From the NCBI GenBank assembly GCA_035606615.1, contig DATNFA010000119.1:800-64799 (forward strand): 64,000 nt of DNA. Direction: 5' to 3'. The notes below the pieces were generated by a model that did not search any database, was not told where the DNA came from, and was given only the letters and a program-made list of their open reading frames with translations. The stretch's first letter is position 1. Each line of letters opens with the position of its first letter. Below, in pieces: positions 32,326 through 42,807 of this stretch. The position numbers were made by a program, and so were the translations under genes. This DNA is from Steroidobacteraceae bacterium. Its GTDB lineage: Bacteria > Pseudomonadota > Gammaproteobacteria > Steroidobacterales > Steroidobacteraceae.

Positions 32326-33504
32326 TCAGCTCTGTGCCCGCTCTTCCAGCACTGCCACGGCCGGCAGTTTCTTGCCTTCGAGGAATTCCAGGAAAGCGCC
32401 GCCACCCGTCGAGATGTACGAGATGTCGTCCTCGACGCGGTACTTTTCGATGGCTGCCAGCGTGTCGCCGCCGCCCGCGATCGAGAACGCCGGGCTGCGC
32501 GCGATCGCCTGCGCCAGGATGCGCGTGCCTTCGCCGAACTGATCGAACTCGAACACACCGACCGGGCCGTTCCAGACGATCGTGCCGGCATCGTGCAGCA
32601 TGCGCGCGAAGCGCTCGGCGGTGTCGGGGCCGATGTCGAGAATCATTTCTTCGGCAGCCACGTTGCCGACCGATTTGACGTCGGCCTCGGCACTCGCCGC
32701 AAACTCCTTCGCGACGACTACGTCGGTGGGCAGCGGAATCTCGACCTTGAGCTCCGGGGCTTTCTTGAGCAGGTCGCGCGCGATGTCGATCATCTCCGCT
32801 TCGACCAGCGACTTGCCGACGCCGTAGCCCTCTGCGAGCAGGAACGTGTTGGCAATGCCGCCGCCGACGATCAGCTTGTCGACCTTGCCGAGCAGGCTCT
32901 CCAGCACCGTCAGCTTGGTCGAGACCTTCGAGCCGGCGACGATCGCAATCAGCGGTCGCTTCGGGTTCTCCAGCGCCGTTTCCAGCGCAATCAGCTCGTT
33001 CATCAGCAGCGGGCCGGCGCAGGCGACTTTCGCGAAGCGCGCGACGCCGTGCGTGCTCGCTTCAGCGCGGTGCGCGGTGCCGAATGCGTCCATCACGTAG
33101 ATGTCGCACAGCTCGGCCATGCGCTTGGCGAGATCTTCCTTGTCCTTCTTCTCGCCCTTGTTGAAGCGCACGTTCTCCAGCAGCACGACTTCGCCGGCGG
33201 CAACTTCGACGCCGCCGAGCCAGTCCTTCTCGAGACGCACTTTGACGCCGAGCAACTCCTCCAGGCGCTTCGCGACCGGCGCCAGCGAGAACTCTTCGTC
33301 GTACACGCCTTCCTCGGGGCGGCCGAGGTGCGACATCAGCAGCACGCGCGCGCCGGCATTGCGCGCGTGCTGAATCGTCGGCAGCGACGCGCGAATGCGC
33401 GCATCGCTGGTCACGACGCCGTCCTGCACCGGCACGTTCAGATCCTCGCGGATCAGCACACGCTTGCCGCGCAGGTCGAGGTCGGTCATCCGCAGAATGG
33501 GCAT
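32326..33504 (-). CDS. pgk: Phosphoglycerate kinase
   Basis: [33 protein letters not shown]. Start trimmed to ATG 33504. Confidence 0.97.
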   Translation of the reverse strand: MPILRMTDLDLRGKRVLIREDLNVPVQDGVVTSDARIRASLPTIQHARNAGARVLLMSHLGRPEEGVYDEEFSLAPVAKRLEELLGVKVRLEKDWLGGVEVAAGEVVLLENVRFNKGEKKDKEDLAKRMAELCDIYVMDAFGTAHRAEASTHGVARFAKVACAGPLLMNELIALETALENPKRPLIAIVAGSKVSTKLTVLESLLGKVDKLIVGGGIANTFLLAEGYGVGKSLVEAEMIDIARDLLKKAPELKVEIPLPTDVVVAKEFAASAEADVKSVGNVAAEEMILDIGPDTAERFARMLHDAGTIVWNGPVGVFEFDQFGEGTRILAQAIARSPAFSIAGGGDTLAAIEKYRVEDDISYISTGGGAFLEFLEGKKLPAVAVLEERAQS

Positions 33505-33509
33505 TTCGC

Positions 33510-34517
33510 TCAAACCTTCGACCACGCCAGGGTGGTGTCGAGCATGCGGTTCGAGAAGCCCCATTCGTTGTCGTACCACGCGCAGACCTTGACGGTCGTG
33601 TCGATGACCTTGGTCATGGTCGCGTCGTACACCGAGGAATGCGGATCGTGGTTGAAGTCGACCGACACCAGAGGTCCGTCGGTGTACGCGAGGATGCCTT
33701 TGAGCGGGCCGCTCGCCGCCGCCTTCATCGCGGCATTGATTTCGTCGATCGTGGTCGCGCGCTTGGCCTGGAAAGTCAGGTCGACCAGCGACACGTTGAT
33801 CGTCGGCACGCGCACCGAGAAGCCGTCGAGCTTGCCGTTGAGCTCCGGCAGCACCAGGCCGACTGCGGCGGCCGCGCCGGTCTTGGTCGGGATCATGGAC
33901 TGCGTCGCCGAGCGTGCCCGGCGCAGGTCCTTGTGGAACACGTCGGTGAGCACCTGGTCGTTGGTGTAGGAGTGGATGGTCGTCATGATGCCGGAGGCGA
34001 TGCCGATCTTCTCGTGCAGCACCTTGGCGAGGGGCGCCAGGCAGTTGGTGGTGCACGACGCATTCGAGATCACCGTGTGGCTCGCCTTCAGCGTGTTGTG
34101 ATTGACGCCGTAGACGATCGTCGCATCGACGTCCTTCTCGCCCGGCGCGGAGATCACGACGCGCTTTGCGCCGCCGTTGATGTGCAACCCGGCCTTGGCC
34201 TTGCTGGTGAACAAGCCGGTGCTCTCGAACACGTAGTCGACGCCCAGCTGGCCCCACGGCAGCTTCGCCGGATCTCGCTCGGCCAGCACCTTGATGCGGT
34301 CGCCGTTGACGATCATGGAATCGCCTTCGACCTGCACTTCGCCCTGGAACTTGCCGTGCACGGTGTCGTAGCGCGTCAGGTGCGCATTGGTCTGCGCATC
34401 GCCGAGATCGTTGAGCGCGACGATCTGGATCTCCTTTTGACGATTGGCCTCGTACAGCGCGCGCAGGACGTTGCGGCCGATGCGGCCGTAACCGTTGATT
34501 CCGACTTTGATGGGCAT
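33510..34517 (-). CDS. gap: Type I glyceraldehyde-3-phosphate dehydrogenase
   Basis: [28 protein letters not shown]. Confidence 0.97.
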   Translation of the reverse strand: MPIKVGINGYGRIGRNVLRALYEANRQKEIQIVALNDLGDAQTNAHLTRYDTVHGKFQGEVQVEGDSMIVNGDRIKVLAERDPAKLPWGQLGVDYVFESTGLFTSKAKAGLHINGGAKRVVISAPGEKDVDATIVYGVNHNTLKASHTVISNASCTTNCLAPLAKVLHEKIGIASGIMTTIHSYTNDQVLTDVFHKDLRRARSATQSMIPTKTGAAAAVGLVLPELNGKLDGFSVRVPTINVSLVDLTFQAKRATTIDEINAAMKAAASGPLKGILAYTDGPLVSVDFNHDPHSSVYDATMTKVIDTTVKVCAWYDNEWGFSNRMLDTTLAWSKV

Positions 34518-34537
34518 ACTCGCTTTACCTCAGGTAC

Positions 34538-36535
34538 TCACAGCCGCTCGGCGACCGCGACGACGTTCTCGGGGGTGAACCCGAAATGTTTGAACAAATC
34601 CTTGGCGACGCCGGAGGCGCCGAACGAATGCATCGCGACGATGGCACCGCGCGTCCCGACGTAGCGGTACCAGGTATCGGGTGCCGCCGCTTCGATTGCA
34701 ACCCGGCGTTCGACCTGCTTCGGCAGCACTCGTTCGCGATAGCTTTCGTCCTGTGCGTCGAACAGGCTCGTGCACGGCATCGAAACTACACGTACGCGGC
34801 GACCCTTTTGTTGCAGCAGGCGCGCGGCCTCGACTGCCAGGCCGACTTCCGAGCCGGTGGCGATCAGAATCAGGTCCGGCGTGCCCTCGGAGTCTTTCAG
34901 GATGTAGCCGCCGCGGCGAATCGCAGCAACCTGCTCGGCGGTGCGCTGCTGCCCCGGCAACGTCTGACGCGTCAACGCCAGCACCGTGGGCCCTCCACTA
35001 CGCTCGATCGCGTCCGCCCACGCCTGCGCCGTCTCCGTGACATCGCACGGCCGCCACAGGGTCATGTTCGGAATGATGCGCAGGCTCGGCACATGCTCGA
35101 CCGGCTGGTGAGTCGGGCCGTCCTCGCCGAGACCGATGGAGTCGTGCGTCATCACGTAGATCACGCGCTGCTTCATCAGCGCCGACATGCGCAGCGCGTT
35201 GCGCGCGTAGTCGGTGAACACCAGGAACGTGCCGCCGTACGGGATCACTCCGCCATGCAGCGCCATGCCGTTCATGGCAGCGCTCATGCCGAACTCGCGC
35301 ACGCCGTAGTGCAAGTAATTGCCGGACGGATCGTCGCCCGTGAACGTCTTCGAATCCTTGCGATTGGTGTTGTTGGAGCCGGTGAGGTCGGCCGAGCCGC
35401 CGAGCAGCTCCGGCACCTTCGGCCCGAAAGCATTCAACGTCTGCTGCGAGGCCTGGCGGGTCGCAACGCTGGCGTTCGCTTGCACGGTCTGTGCTACGAA
35501 CCCGTCGACGATGTCGCGCCACGCGGCCGGCAACTCGCCCTTCATGCGCCGCTCGTACTCCGCGGCCAGCTCGGGAAACTTCGCGCGATACGCGTTGAAC
35601 TGCTCGCGCCACTTTCCTTCCAGCGCAGCACCACGCTGGCGCGCGTCCCAGTCCTTGGCAATGTCGTCCGGAATCACGAACGGCTCGTACGGCCAGTTCA
35701 GCTCGCGACGCGCAGCCGCGACTTCTTCGGCGCCGAGCGCCGCGCCGTGCGTCGCCTCGGTGCCCTGCTTGTTCGGCGCACCGAAGCCGATGATCGTCCT
35801 GCAACAGATCAGCGTCGGACGCTCCTTCTGCGCCAAGGCCTCGGTGATCGCAGCCTGCACGGCGGCGGGATTGTGACCATCGATCGAACGGACCACGTGC
35901 CAGCCGTACGCCTCGAAACGCTGCGGCGTGTCGTCGGTGAACCAGCCCTGCACCTCGCCGTCGATCGAGATGCCGTTGTCGTCGTAGAACGCCACCAGCT
36001 TGCCGAGCTTGAGGGTGCCGGCCAGCGAGCAGGCCTCGTGTGAAATTCCTTCCATGAGGCAACCGTCGCCCAGGAACACCCACGTCCGATGATCGACGAC
36101 GTCGAAGCCCGGACGGTTGAACGTTGCGGCCAGCCATTTCTCCGCGATCGCCATGCCGACGGCGTTCGCGATGCCCTGGCCCAGCGGCCCGGTCGTGGTC
36201 TCGATGCCCAGATGCGGCTCGTGCTCCGGGTGCCCCGCAGTGTGCGAGCCGAGCTGCCGGAACGCTTTGATGTCCTCGATGGTCAATGGGTAGCCGGTCA
36301 GATGCAGCAGCGCATACAGCAGCATCGAGCCGTGGCCATTGGAAATCACGAAGCGGTCGCGCTCCGGCCATTGCGGATTGCCGGGATTGTGGCGCAGGTG
36401 GTCGGCCCACAAGACTTGCGCGATGTCGGCCATGCCCATCGGCATGCCGGGATGGCCGGAGTTGGCTTTCTGGACGGCGTCCATCGCGAGGGCTCGGATC
36501 GCATTGGCAAGCTGCCGGCGGCGCGATGTCTGCAT
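34538..36535 (-). CDS. tkt: Transketolase
   Basis: [37 protein letters not shown]. Confidence 0.97.
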   Translation of the reverse strand: MQTSRRRQLANAIRALAMDAVQKANSGHPGMPMGMADIAQVLWADHLRHNPGNPQWPERDRFVISNGHGSMLLYALLHLTGYPLTIEDIKAFRQLGSHTAGHPEHEPHLGIETTTGPLGQGIANAVGMAIAEKWLAATFNRPGFDVVDHRTWVFLGDGCLMEGISHEACSLAGTLKLGKLVAFYDDNGISIDGEVQGWFTDDTPQRFEAYGWHVVRSIDGHNPAAVQAAITEALAQKERPTLICCRTIIGFGAPNKQGTEATHGAALGAEEVAAARRELNWPYEPFVIPDDIAKDWDARQRGAALEGKWREQFNAYRAKFPELAAEYERRMKGELPAAWRDIVDGFVAQTVQANASVATRQASQQTLNAFGPKVPELLGGSADLTGSNNTNRKDSKTFTGDDPSGNYLHYGVREFGMSAAMNGMALHGGVIPYGGTFLVFTDYARNALRMSALMKQRVIYVMTHDSIGLGEDGPTHQPVEHVPSLRIIPNMTLWRPCDVTETAQAWADAIERSGGPTVLALTRQTLPGQQRTAEQVAAIRRGGYILKDSEGTPDLILIATGSEVGLAVEAARLLQQKGRRVRVVSMPCTSLFDAQDESYRERVLPKQVERRVAIEAAAPDTWYRYVGTRGAIVAMHSFGASGVAKDLFKHFGFTPENVVAVAERL

Positions 36536-36766
36536 CGGGTGGTCATCCCCTCAGGTCGTTCAGGGAGCGGGTCGGAAGGCCGCGCATTTTGGACCAAGGC
36601 CCCCGGTGGGGCAATGCAGCTCAAGGTGAGACACACCGCAAATAATCCGACAGTGGAACACGGGGTCGGCCGTCCTTAAGACGCTGGTCACCTTTTTGAC
36701 CCCCCGGGCGTTGCTAGATTGCCGGCGATTATGTAGTCAGGTTTCGCTTAGGAACCCGTTCAAGCG

Positions 36767-37540
36767 ATGCAGTCAGTCCGCCTCATTCAGTACACCGACA
36801 TGCACCTGTTTGGTGATGCCGCCGGCCGCTTGCGCGGCGTGGCGACATTGCCGGCATTGCAGGCCGCGATTGCCGACGCGCAGCGCCGCTGCAGCCGTCC
36901 GGACGGCATCCTGCTGACCGGCGACCTGGTGCAGGACGATCCGGACGGTTACCGCTGGATCAAGCACATCTTCGGTGCATCGCCGGTACCGGTGCTGTGC
37001 CTGCCCGGCAATCACGACCTGCCCGACCACATGCAGGTTGCGCTCGGCAGCGCGCCGTTCGAAGTCTCCCGTCATCGCCAGTTCGGCCGCTGGCTGGTCG
37101 TCATGCTCGACTCATGGCTCGCCAACAGCGCCGGCGGCGAGATCGGCAGCGAACAGCTGGCGCAGTTGCGCACCACGCTGCGCGCGCACCGCAACCAGCA
37201 CGTGCTCCTTTGTCTGCACCATCAGCCGATCGCGATGCGCAGCGACTGGCTCGATCAGGTGGGTCTGAGCGACTCGGAAGAGTTCACTGCTGTGATCCGC
37301 GAGCACTCCAACGTGCGCGGCGTCCTGTGGGGACACGTGCATCAGTCGCTCGACAGCTTCGTGCACGGCGTGCGCTTCATGGCCACGCCCGCAACCTGCG
37401 CTCAGTTCCTGCCCGGCAGCGCCGACTTCGCCATCGACAATCGTCCGCCCGGGTATCGTATGCTGGAGCTGATGCCGGACGGCGCAATTCAGACGGAAGT
37501 CTGCTGGCTGGAAAGCTACGCGCAAAGCGTCGTCGCGTAG
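36767..37540 (+). CDS. cpdA: 3',5'-cyclic-nucleotide phosphodiesterase (CpdA-like metallophosphoesterase)
   Basis: TDMH, TGDL, PGNHD, LHH, WGHVHQ and C-terminal PGYR. Confidence 0.85.
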   Translation: MQSVRLIQYTDMHLFGDAAGRLRGVATLPALQAAIADAQRRCSRPDGILLTGDLVQDDPDGYRWIKHIFGASPVPVLCLPGNHDLPDHMQVALGSAPFEVSRHRQFGRWLVVMLDSWLANSAGGEIGSEQLAQLRTTLRAHRNQHVLLCLHHQPIAMRSDWLDQVGLSDSEEFTAVIREHSNVRGVLWGHVHQSLDSFVHGVRFMATPATCAQFLPGSADFAIDNRPPGYRMLELMPDGAIQTEVCWLESYAQSVVA

Positions 37541-37562
37541 CCCGCGACACTTTCGAGATCCC

Positions 37563-38441
37563 ATGAAGCACTTTTTCGCGCGCTGGGGCAGCGTCTGCGC
37601 CGCGCTGCTGATGTGGTCGGCCGGCGTCCACGCCGACGAGCAGCACCACATCCTCTGGTCGCTGCAAGGCAAGACCAACAAGGTCTATCTGCTCGGCTCC
37701 GTGCACCTGCTGAAGGAAAGCGAGACGCTGCCCGCGGCGATCGACTCCGCCTATGCGGATGCCGAGAAGCTGGTGATGGAGATCGACATGGACGATCTCG
37801 ATCCGGCGGAGATGCGCCAGGCCGTAACCGATCTCGCCATGCTGCCGGCGGACCAGACGCTGCAGCAGCAGCTCGGAGCGCAAACCTACGAGCAGTTCAC
37901 GACCAAGGCGCGGGCGATGGGCATCGAGCCGGCCATGCTCGATCACTTTCGGCCGTGGTTCGCGGCGATCACACTGGTGCAGCTGCAACTGATGAAGATG
38001 GGCCTCGATCCGGAGTCGGGCGTGGAGCGGCGGCTGACTGCCCGCGCGGCGGGCGACGGCAAACCGATAGAAGGCCTGGAGACCGCGCGCGAGCAGCTCG
38101 AGATCATGGCGCGCTTGCCGGAGAAGCAGCAGCGCGAGTTCCTGCTGTACAGCGTCGAGGACGCGGAGCGCATGGCGAGCGAAGTCGACAAGCTGGTCGC
38201 CGCCTGGCGCCGCGGCGACGCGACGCAGATGGCGAAACTGCTGCAGGAAGGCTTCGATGAATACCCGGACCTGTACCGGCCGTTGACGGTCGACCGCAAT
38301 CGCAAATGGATTCCACAGATCGAGCGCCTGCTCGAAGGTCGCGACGACTATCTGGTGGTGGTCGGCGCGCTGCACCTGGTCGGCACGGACAGCGTCATCG
38401 ACCTGCTCGAACGCAAAGGCTACAAGGTCAACCAACTCTAA
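37563..38441 (+). CDS. TraB/GumN-family protein (secreted, Tiki-like fold)
   Basis: Signal peptide, YLLGSVH, GLET, DRNRKW, VVVGALHLVG. Confidence 0.9.
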   Translation: MKHFFARWGSVCAALLMWSAGVHADEQHHILWSLQGKTNKVYLLGSVHLLKESETLPAAIDSAYADAEKLVMEIDMDDLDPAEMRQAVTDLAMLPADQTLQQQLGAQTYEQFTTKARAMGIEPAMLDHFRPWFAAITLVQLQLMKMGLDPESGVERRLTARAAGDGKPIEGLETAREQLEIMARLPEKQQREFLLYSVEDAERMASEVDKLVAAWRRGDATQMAKLLQEGFDEYPDLYRPLTVDRNRKWIPQIERLLEGRDDYLVVVGALHLVGTDSVIDLLERKGYKVNQL

Positions 38442-38451
38442 TTCGAGCCCT

Positions 38452-38473
38452 GTAGGTCCGGCTTTAGCCCGAC
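38452..38473 (+). repeat. REP-like element GTAG-GTCCGGCT-TT-AGCCCGAC
   Basis: GTAG tetranucleotide followed by an imperfect stem (one mismatch), between convergent genes. Confidence 0.75.
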
Positions 38474-38483
38474 ATCCTCAGCC

Positions 38484-38648
38484 TCATACTTCCACCATTT
38501 CAAAGTCCTCTTTGCCTGCGCCGCAGTCCGGGCAACGCCAGGACAGCGGCACGTCATCCCAGCGCGTGCCCGGTGCGATGCCTGATCCGGGATCGCCTTT
38601 TTCTTCTTCGTAGACGTAACCGCAGATCACGCACATGTAAGCTTTCAT
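38484..38648 (-). CDS. Rubredoxin
   Basis: CVICG and CPDCG, 54 aa. Start trimmed to ATG 38648. Confidence 0.95.
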   Translation of the reverse strand: MKAYMCVICGYVYEEEKGDPGSGIAPGTRWDDVPLSWRCPDCGAGKEDFEMVEV

Positions 38649-38755
38649 GAAGGAGCGCAACGCCGGGCAGGAAGACTGGGGGCCCGGATTATAGGACAAG
38701 CGCGCCGGTCGGCTATGCTTCTCCCGCTTTCAACTGCGCGACGGAGTTTCCGCAC

Positions 38756-40021
38756 GTGTCCCTGTTCAGCGATGCCAGCCGCTACATCCCGGGCGGCGTG
38801 AATTCCCCGGTGCGCGCCTTCCGCGCAGTCGGCGGCGAGCCCATTTTCGTCGAGCGCGCCAGCGGCGCGTACGTGTTCGGCGACGACGGCCGCCGCTATG
38901 TCGACTATGTCGGCTCGTGGGGCCCGATGATCCTCGGGCACGCCTACGAGCCCGTGATCCGCGCCGTGCAGGAGCGCGCGGCGCTCGGCCTGTCATTCGG
39001 CGCGCCGACGCAGATCGAAACGCGGCTGGCGCGCCGCATCTGCGAAGTGATGCCGTCGATCGAGCTGGTGCGCATGGTCAGCTCGGGCACCGAAGCGACC
39101 ATGAGCGCGATCCGGCTGGCGCGCGGCTACACCGGCCGCGACAAGATCGTGAAATTCGAAGGCTGCTATCACGGCCATTCCGATTCGCTGCTGGTCAAGG
39201 CCGGCTCGGGCGCCCTCACCTTTGGCGTGCCGACTTCGCCCGGCGTACCCAAAGAGCTCGCCGCGCAGACGCTGACTCTCTCTTTCAACGACAGCGCGCA
39301 GGTGCAGGAACTGTTCGCCTCGGTCGGTGAGCAGATCGCCTGCATCATCGTCGAGCCGGTTGCCGGCAACATGAACTGCGTGCTGCCCGCGCCGGGATTT
39401 CTCGAAACGCTGCGCACAGTGTGCGACCGGCACGGCAGCGTGCTGATCTTCGACGAAGTGATGACCGGCTTTCGCGTCGCGCTCGGCGGTGCGCAAGCGC
39501 TCTACGGCATCAAGCCGGACCTCAGCACGCTGGGCAAGATCGTCGGCGGCGGCATGCCGGTCGGTGCCTTCGGCGGGCGCCGCGAGATCATGGAGCAGAT
39601 CGCACCGCTCGGCCCGGTGTATCAGGCCGGCACGCTCTCGGGTAATCCGCTGGCGATGGCAGCCGGTGAAACGACGCTGGCAGGTGTCAGCGCGCCGGGC
39701 TTCCACGCCAGTCTCGCAGAAAAGACCACACGCCTGATGGACGGCTTGAACGCCGCGGCGCGCGCCGCGGGCGTCCCGTTCACGACCAATCATGTCTGCG
39801 GCATGTTCGGTCTGTTCTTCAGCGACCGGCCGGTGCGCTCGTTCGCGGACGTGATGGCTTGCGACGTGGAGCGCTTCAAGCGCTTTTTCCACGCGATGCT
39901 TGCGGATGGCATCTACCTGGCGCCGTCGGCGTTCGAAGCGGGATTCATCTCCGCTGCACATTCCGCCGCCGACATCGACGCGACGATCGCTGCTGCGCGA
40001 CGAGCGTTCAGCAGCCTGTAG
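38756..40021 (+). CDS. hemL: Glutamate-1-semialdehyde 2,1-aminomutase
   Basis: [43 protein letters not shown]. Confidence 0.97.
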   Translation: MSLFSDASRYIPGGVNSPVRAFRAVGGEPIFVERASGAYVFGDDGRRYVDYVGSWGPMILGHAYEPVIRAVQERAALGLSFGAPTQIETRLARRICEVMPSIELVRMVSSGTEATMSAIRLARGYTGRDKIVKFEGCYHGHSDSLLVKAGSGALTFGVPTSPGVPKELAAQTLTLSFNDSAQVQELFASVGEQIACIIVEPVAGNMNCVLPAPGFLETLRTVCDRHGSVLIFDEVMTGFRVALGGAQALYGIKPDLSTLGKIVGGGMPVGAFGGRREIMEQIAPLGPVYQAGTLSGNPLAMAAGETTLAGVSAPGFHASLAEKTTRLMDGLNAAARAAGVPFTTNHVCGMFGLFFSDRPVRSFADVMACDVERFKRFFHAMLADGIYLAPSAFEAGFISAAHSAADIDATIAAARRAFSSL

Positions 40022-40028
40022 CGCGCCG

Positions 40029-40832
40029 ATGCAGCAGCGCGCACTGTCGAGCGTGCACATGTTCTGGCACGGTCCGCCGCTGTCGCGGATCGAGCGGCTG
40101 TGCATGAGCTCGTTCGTTGCACACGGTCACCCCGTGCATCTGCACGTGTATGAGGAACCGAAGCGCGTTCCTCCCGGCGTCACGCTTCGCGATGCGACCG
40201 CAGTGCTGCCGCGCGCGGAGCTGTTCGTGCATCGCTCGTCCGGCTCGCTTGCCGTGTTCGCCGACTGGTTCCGTTATCGCCTGCTTGCCGAGCACGGCGG
40301 GCTGTGGGTCGATACGGACGTAGTGTGCCTGCGGCCGTTCGAGCACGCGGGGCCCGAGATCTTCGGTTGGCAGGACCAGTCGACGATCAACAATGCCGTG
40401 CTCGGTCTGCCGCAGAACCATGCGCTCGCGCGCTGGATGCTCGCGTGCTGCGAGCAGCCGAATCGTTTCCTGCCGTACGACTCGTTGCGGACGCGTCGAC
40501 GCAAACTCGTGCGCCGGCTGCTCGGCCGCGGTCGCGCCGCGAGCAAATGGGGAGAGACCGGACCTGCAGGGCTCACTGCAGCCGCCAGACATCTCGGCTG
40601 CGCCTCGCAAGCCCAGCCGTTCTGGCACTTCTATCCGATCCACTACCAGAACTGGCACACGGTGTTCGACACGACGCTGCGCGACCGCTCCGGCCTCATC
40701 GACGGCAGCTATGGGCTGCACCTGTGGAACGAGATGGCGCGCCGCCAGACGGGCTTCGACCGCGACGGACGCTTCCCGGACGGCTCGCTGTTCGAGCAAC
40801 TGTGGGCGCGCTACGTCACCAGCGATAGCTGA
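40029..40832 (+). CDS. GT-A glycosyltransferase with DxD motif (GT32 / capsular polysaccharide synthesis-like)
   Basis: FWHGPPLS, ADWFRY...GGLWVDTD, WGETGP, LHLWNE. Start trimmed to ATG 40029. Confidence 0.82.
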   Translation: MQQRALSSVHMFWHGPPLSRIERLCMSSFVAHGHPVHLHVYEEPKRVPPGVTLRDATAVLPRAELFVHRSSGSLAVFADWFRYRLLAEHGGLWVDTDVVCLRPFEHAGPEIFGWQDQSTINNAVLGLPQNHALARWMLACCEQPNRFLPYDSLRTRRRKLVRRLLGRGRAASKWGETGPAGLTAAARHLGCASQAQPFWHFYPIHYQNWHTVFDTTLRDRSGLIDGSYGLHLWNEMARRQTGFDRDGRFPDGSLFEQLWARYVTSDS

Positions 40833-42807
40833 GCGAAAGCGTCGCGCCGGTCAGATCGTAGAAGCTGTCCGGCCGCTTCTCGCTGGGCCCATCGCTCGGC
40901 AGCAGCTTGTCGCGCGCGATCTTGTCGCCGTAGCGCAAGTCGAGACTCAGATCGATGCCCGGGAACAGATTGCGCCACTGCACGCCGGCGCCGTAGTAGT
41001 AGCCGTAAGCCGGCGTCGCAAGGTCGAGGCGCGACGCGCCGAGGAAAACGGACACAGCCAACGGATTGTGGAAACGATAGCGATAGTCGAGTGCGCGCAC
41101 GCTGAACAGCAGATCGCCGTCGATGTCGTCGAACTCGGCCCGCACGCCCAGGTCGCTGCGTTCCGTTACGGCGCGGCGCGCGCCGATCGCGAAGTGCGCA
41201 GCGGCGCCCAGACTTTCGGTGTGCGCGGGGCTGCCATCGAGCCGGATCGCCAACTCCGAGAAGTTGATGCCGGCGTCGACGAACAAGTCCGCCCCGCGCG
41301 GCCGCTCGACGTTTTCGGCCCAGCCATCGGCCACACCCCGCGTCTCCCAGTCGTCGCCGAAGCGCACGAAGCCGGCGATGCGGCTGAAGCTCTCGCCGAA
41401 CACATCGCGCCCGCCCAGCACTTCGGCGCCGACAGTGAAGCCGTACATGCCGCGCGAATAGCTCAGCGCCGCGTCGTAGCCGCGCTCGTAGTCATTGCTG
41501 CCATAGCTCTCGTTGGCAACGGTGCGCGCCTGCAGTTGCAGGTATCCGCCGAATGGCGGATTCCAACCGATGCGCAGCATGTGAGTCTGCGCGCCCACAG
41601 CATCCGCGAACACGCGCCGGTCGGCGCCCCAGTGACCCAGCACATGGCCGTCGTTGGTCATGCCGTCGAGGTAGATATCGTGCACGTACCAGCCGTTCTG
41701 CCACTCGCTGGCTTCGTACGTGAGATCGAAGCGCCGCCACAGGCGCGGGAAAGTGATGCCGACCGACAGCGCCGCATTGCCGAGGCGGTAGTTGCCTTCG
41801 TAGGAGCTGTCTTCGCCGGCGTATTCGAGATACGCAGCGAACGGCGTGCGCCCCGGAAAAATAAAGCGGCTGGTCCACGCGGCGATCTGGTTGCCGAACT
41901 CATCCGTGCCTTCGCTGTTGTCCTTCTGGTGCGGCTTGGTCAGCGCATCGATGAAATCGCCGAACGAGCTGCCGCCGCGCTCGCCGCCGCCGAACTGCAT
42001 CAGGCGATTGGCGCTCAGCGACCAGCCTGGCGTCGGCTCGATGGAGAAGCGCAGGCCGGCGAGGCGCGGTTTGCCCGAGGTGCGGTCGTCCGCGTCGATC
42101 GCCGGGTCCGCGTCGTTGTTGAAGACGATCCGATCCGAGTGTTCCATCTCCGCCAGGAACACCTCGTAGCTGAAGCCCAGGCCCGTGAGCGGGCGATAAT
42201 TCGAGAGCGTCACCGACGGCAGCGTGCGCGCTTCGGTGCTGATGATCATCGCGCTGTCGGTGAACGGCGAGAACCAGTGGTCGCGATAGCCGACATCGAG
42301 CTGCGCGAAATCGAAGCCGGCGCTGAGCATCGAGCCGGTCGCGACGGCATCGTCGGCGTCGCCCGCGCCGCCGAGACTGACGACGAGGTAGTCGCTCGGT
42401 TGCCAGTAGCCCTGCGCGCTCGCCACCCATTCGCTGTCGCTGCTCGCGCCGTGCCGGTTCGGCAGCGTCGTGACTGCGCCGTCGTACGCGACAACCTCAA
42501 CGCTGGCGTGCGTCAGCCCGATCTTGCGCATGTACCCGTCGAGATAACGCCGCACGCGAGTACACAGCGCCGCATCGATGCGACACGCGGCGGGCAAAGC
42601 ATCGAGCACCGTTGCAGCGGCAATCGGCCGCGAGGTGATCGGCTTGTCCGCGAGAATCAGCACGCGCTCGATCTGCCGCTCGATCTCGGGCGACAGGTTC
42701 AGCGGCAGGTAGGGGCTCGCGCCGCGCGCCCAGCCCGCCGGAGTAGCGGCGGCGAAGAGCAAACAGGCGACCAGAGCTCGGGCGGTGGCAGGACGGGACA
42801 CGCTCAC
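40816..42807 (-). CDS. Capsule assembly Wzi-family outer-membrane protein with extra C-terminal beta-rich domain
   Basis: Signal peptide, helical N-segment, LDVGYRDHWFSP, DSAMIIS, QFGG motifs, terminal YRW. GTG 42807 overlaps the GT7 stop (TTG 42810 is the alternative). Confidence 0.8.
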   Translation of the reverse strand: MSVSRPATARALVACLLFAAATPAGWARGASPYLPLNLSPEIERQIERVLILADKPITSRPIAAATVLDALPAACRIDAALCTRVRRYLDGYMRKIGLTHASVEVVAYDGAVTTLPNRHGASSDSEWVASAQGYWQPSDYLVVSLGGAGDADDAVATGSMLSAGFDFAQLDVGYRDHWFSPFTDSAMIISTEARTLPSVTLSNYRPLTGLGFSYEVFLAEMEHSDRIVFNNDADPAIDADDRTSGKPRLAGLRFSIEPTPGWSLSANRLMQFGGGERGGSSFGDFIDALTKPHQKDNSEGTDEFGNQIAAWTSRFIFPGRTPFAAYLEYAGEDSSYEGNYRLGNAALSVGITFPRLWRRFDLTYEASEWQNGWYVHDIYLDGMTNDGHVLGHWGADRRVFADAVGAQTHMLRIGWNPPFGGYLQLQARTVANESYGSNDYERGYDAALSYSRGMYGFTVGAEVLGGRDVFGESFSRIAGFVRFGDDWETRGVADGWAENVERPRGADLFVDAGINFSELAIRLDGSPAHTESLGAAAHFAIGARRAVTERSDLGVRAEFDDIDGDLLFSVRALDYRYRFHNPLAVSVFLGASRLDLATPAYGYYYGAGVQWRNLFPGIDLSLDLRYGDKIARDKLLPSDGPSEKRPDSFYDLTGATLSLSYRW

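Noticed and set aside
36536-36766. Possible small RNA (SRP/6S-like) in the tkt-cpdA gap
   Set aside because: The SRP core (CAGGTCCGGAAGGAAGCAG) is not present and no long rod-like self-complementarity is visible.
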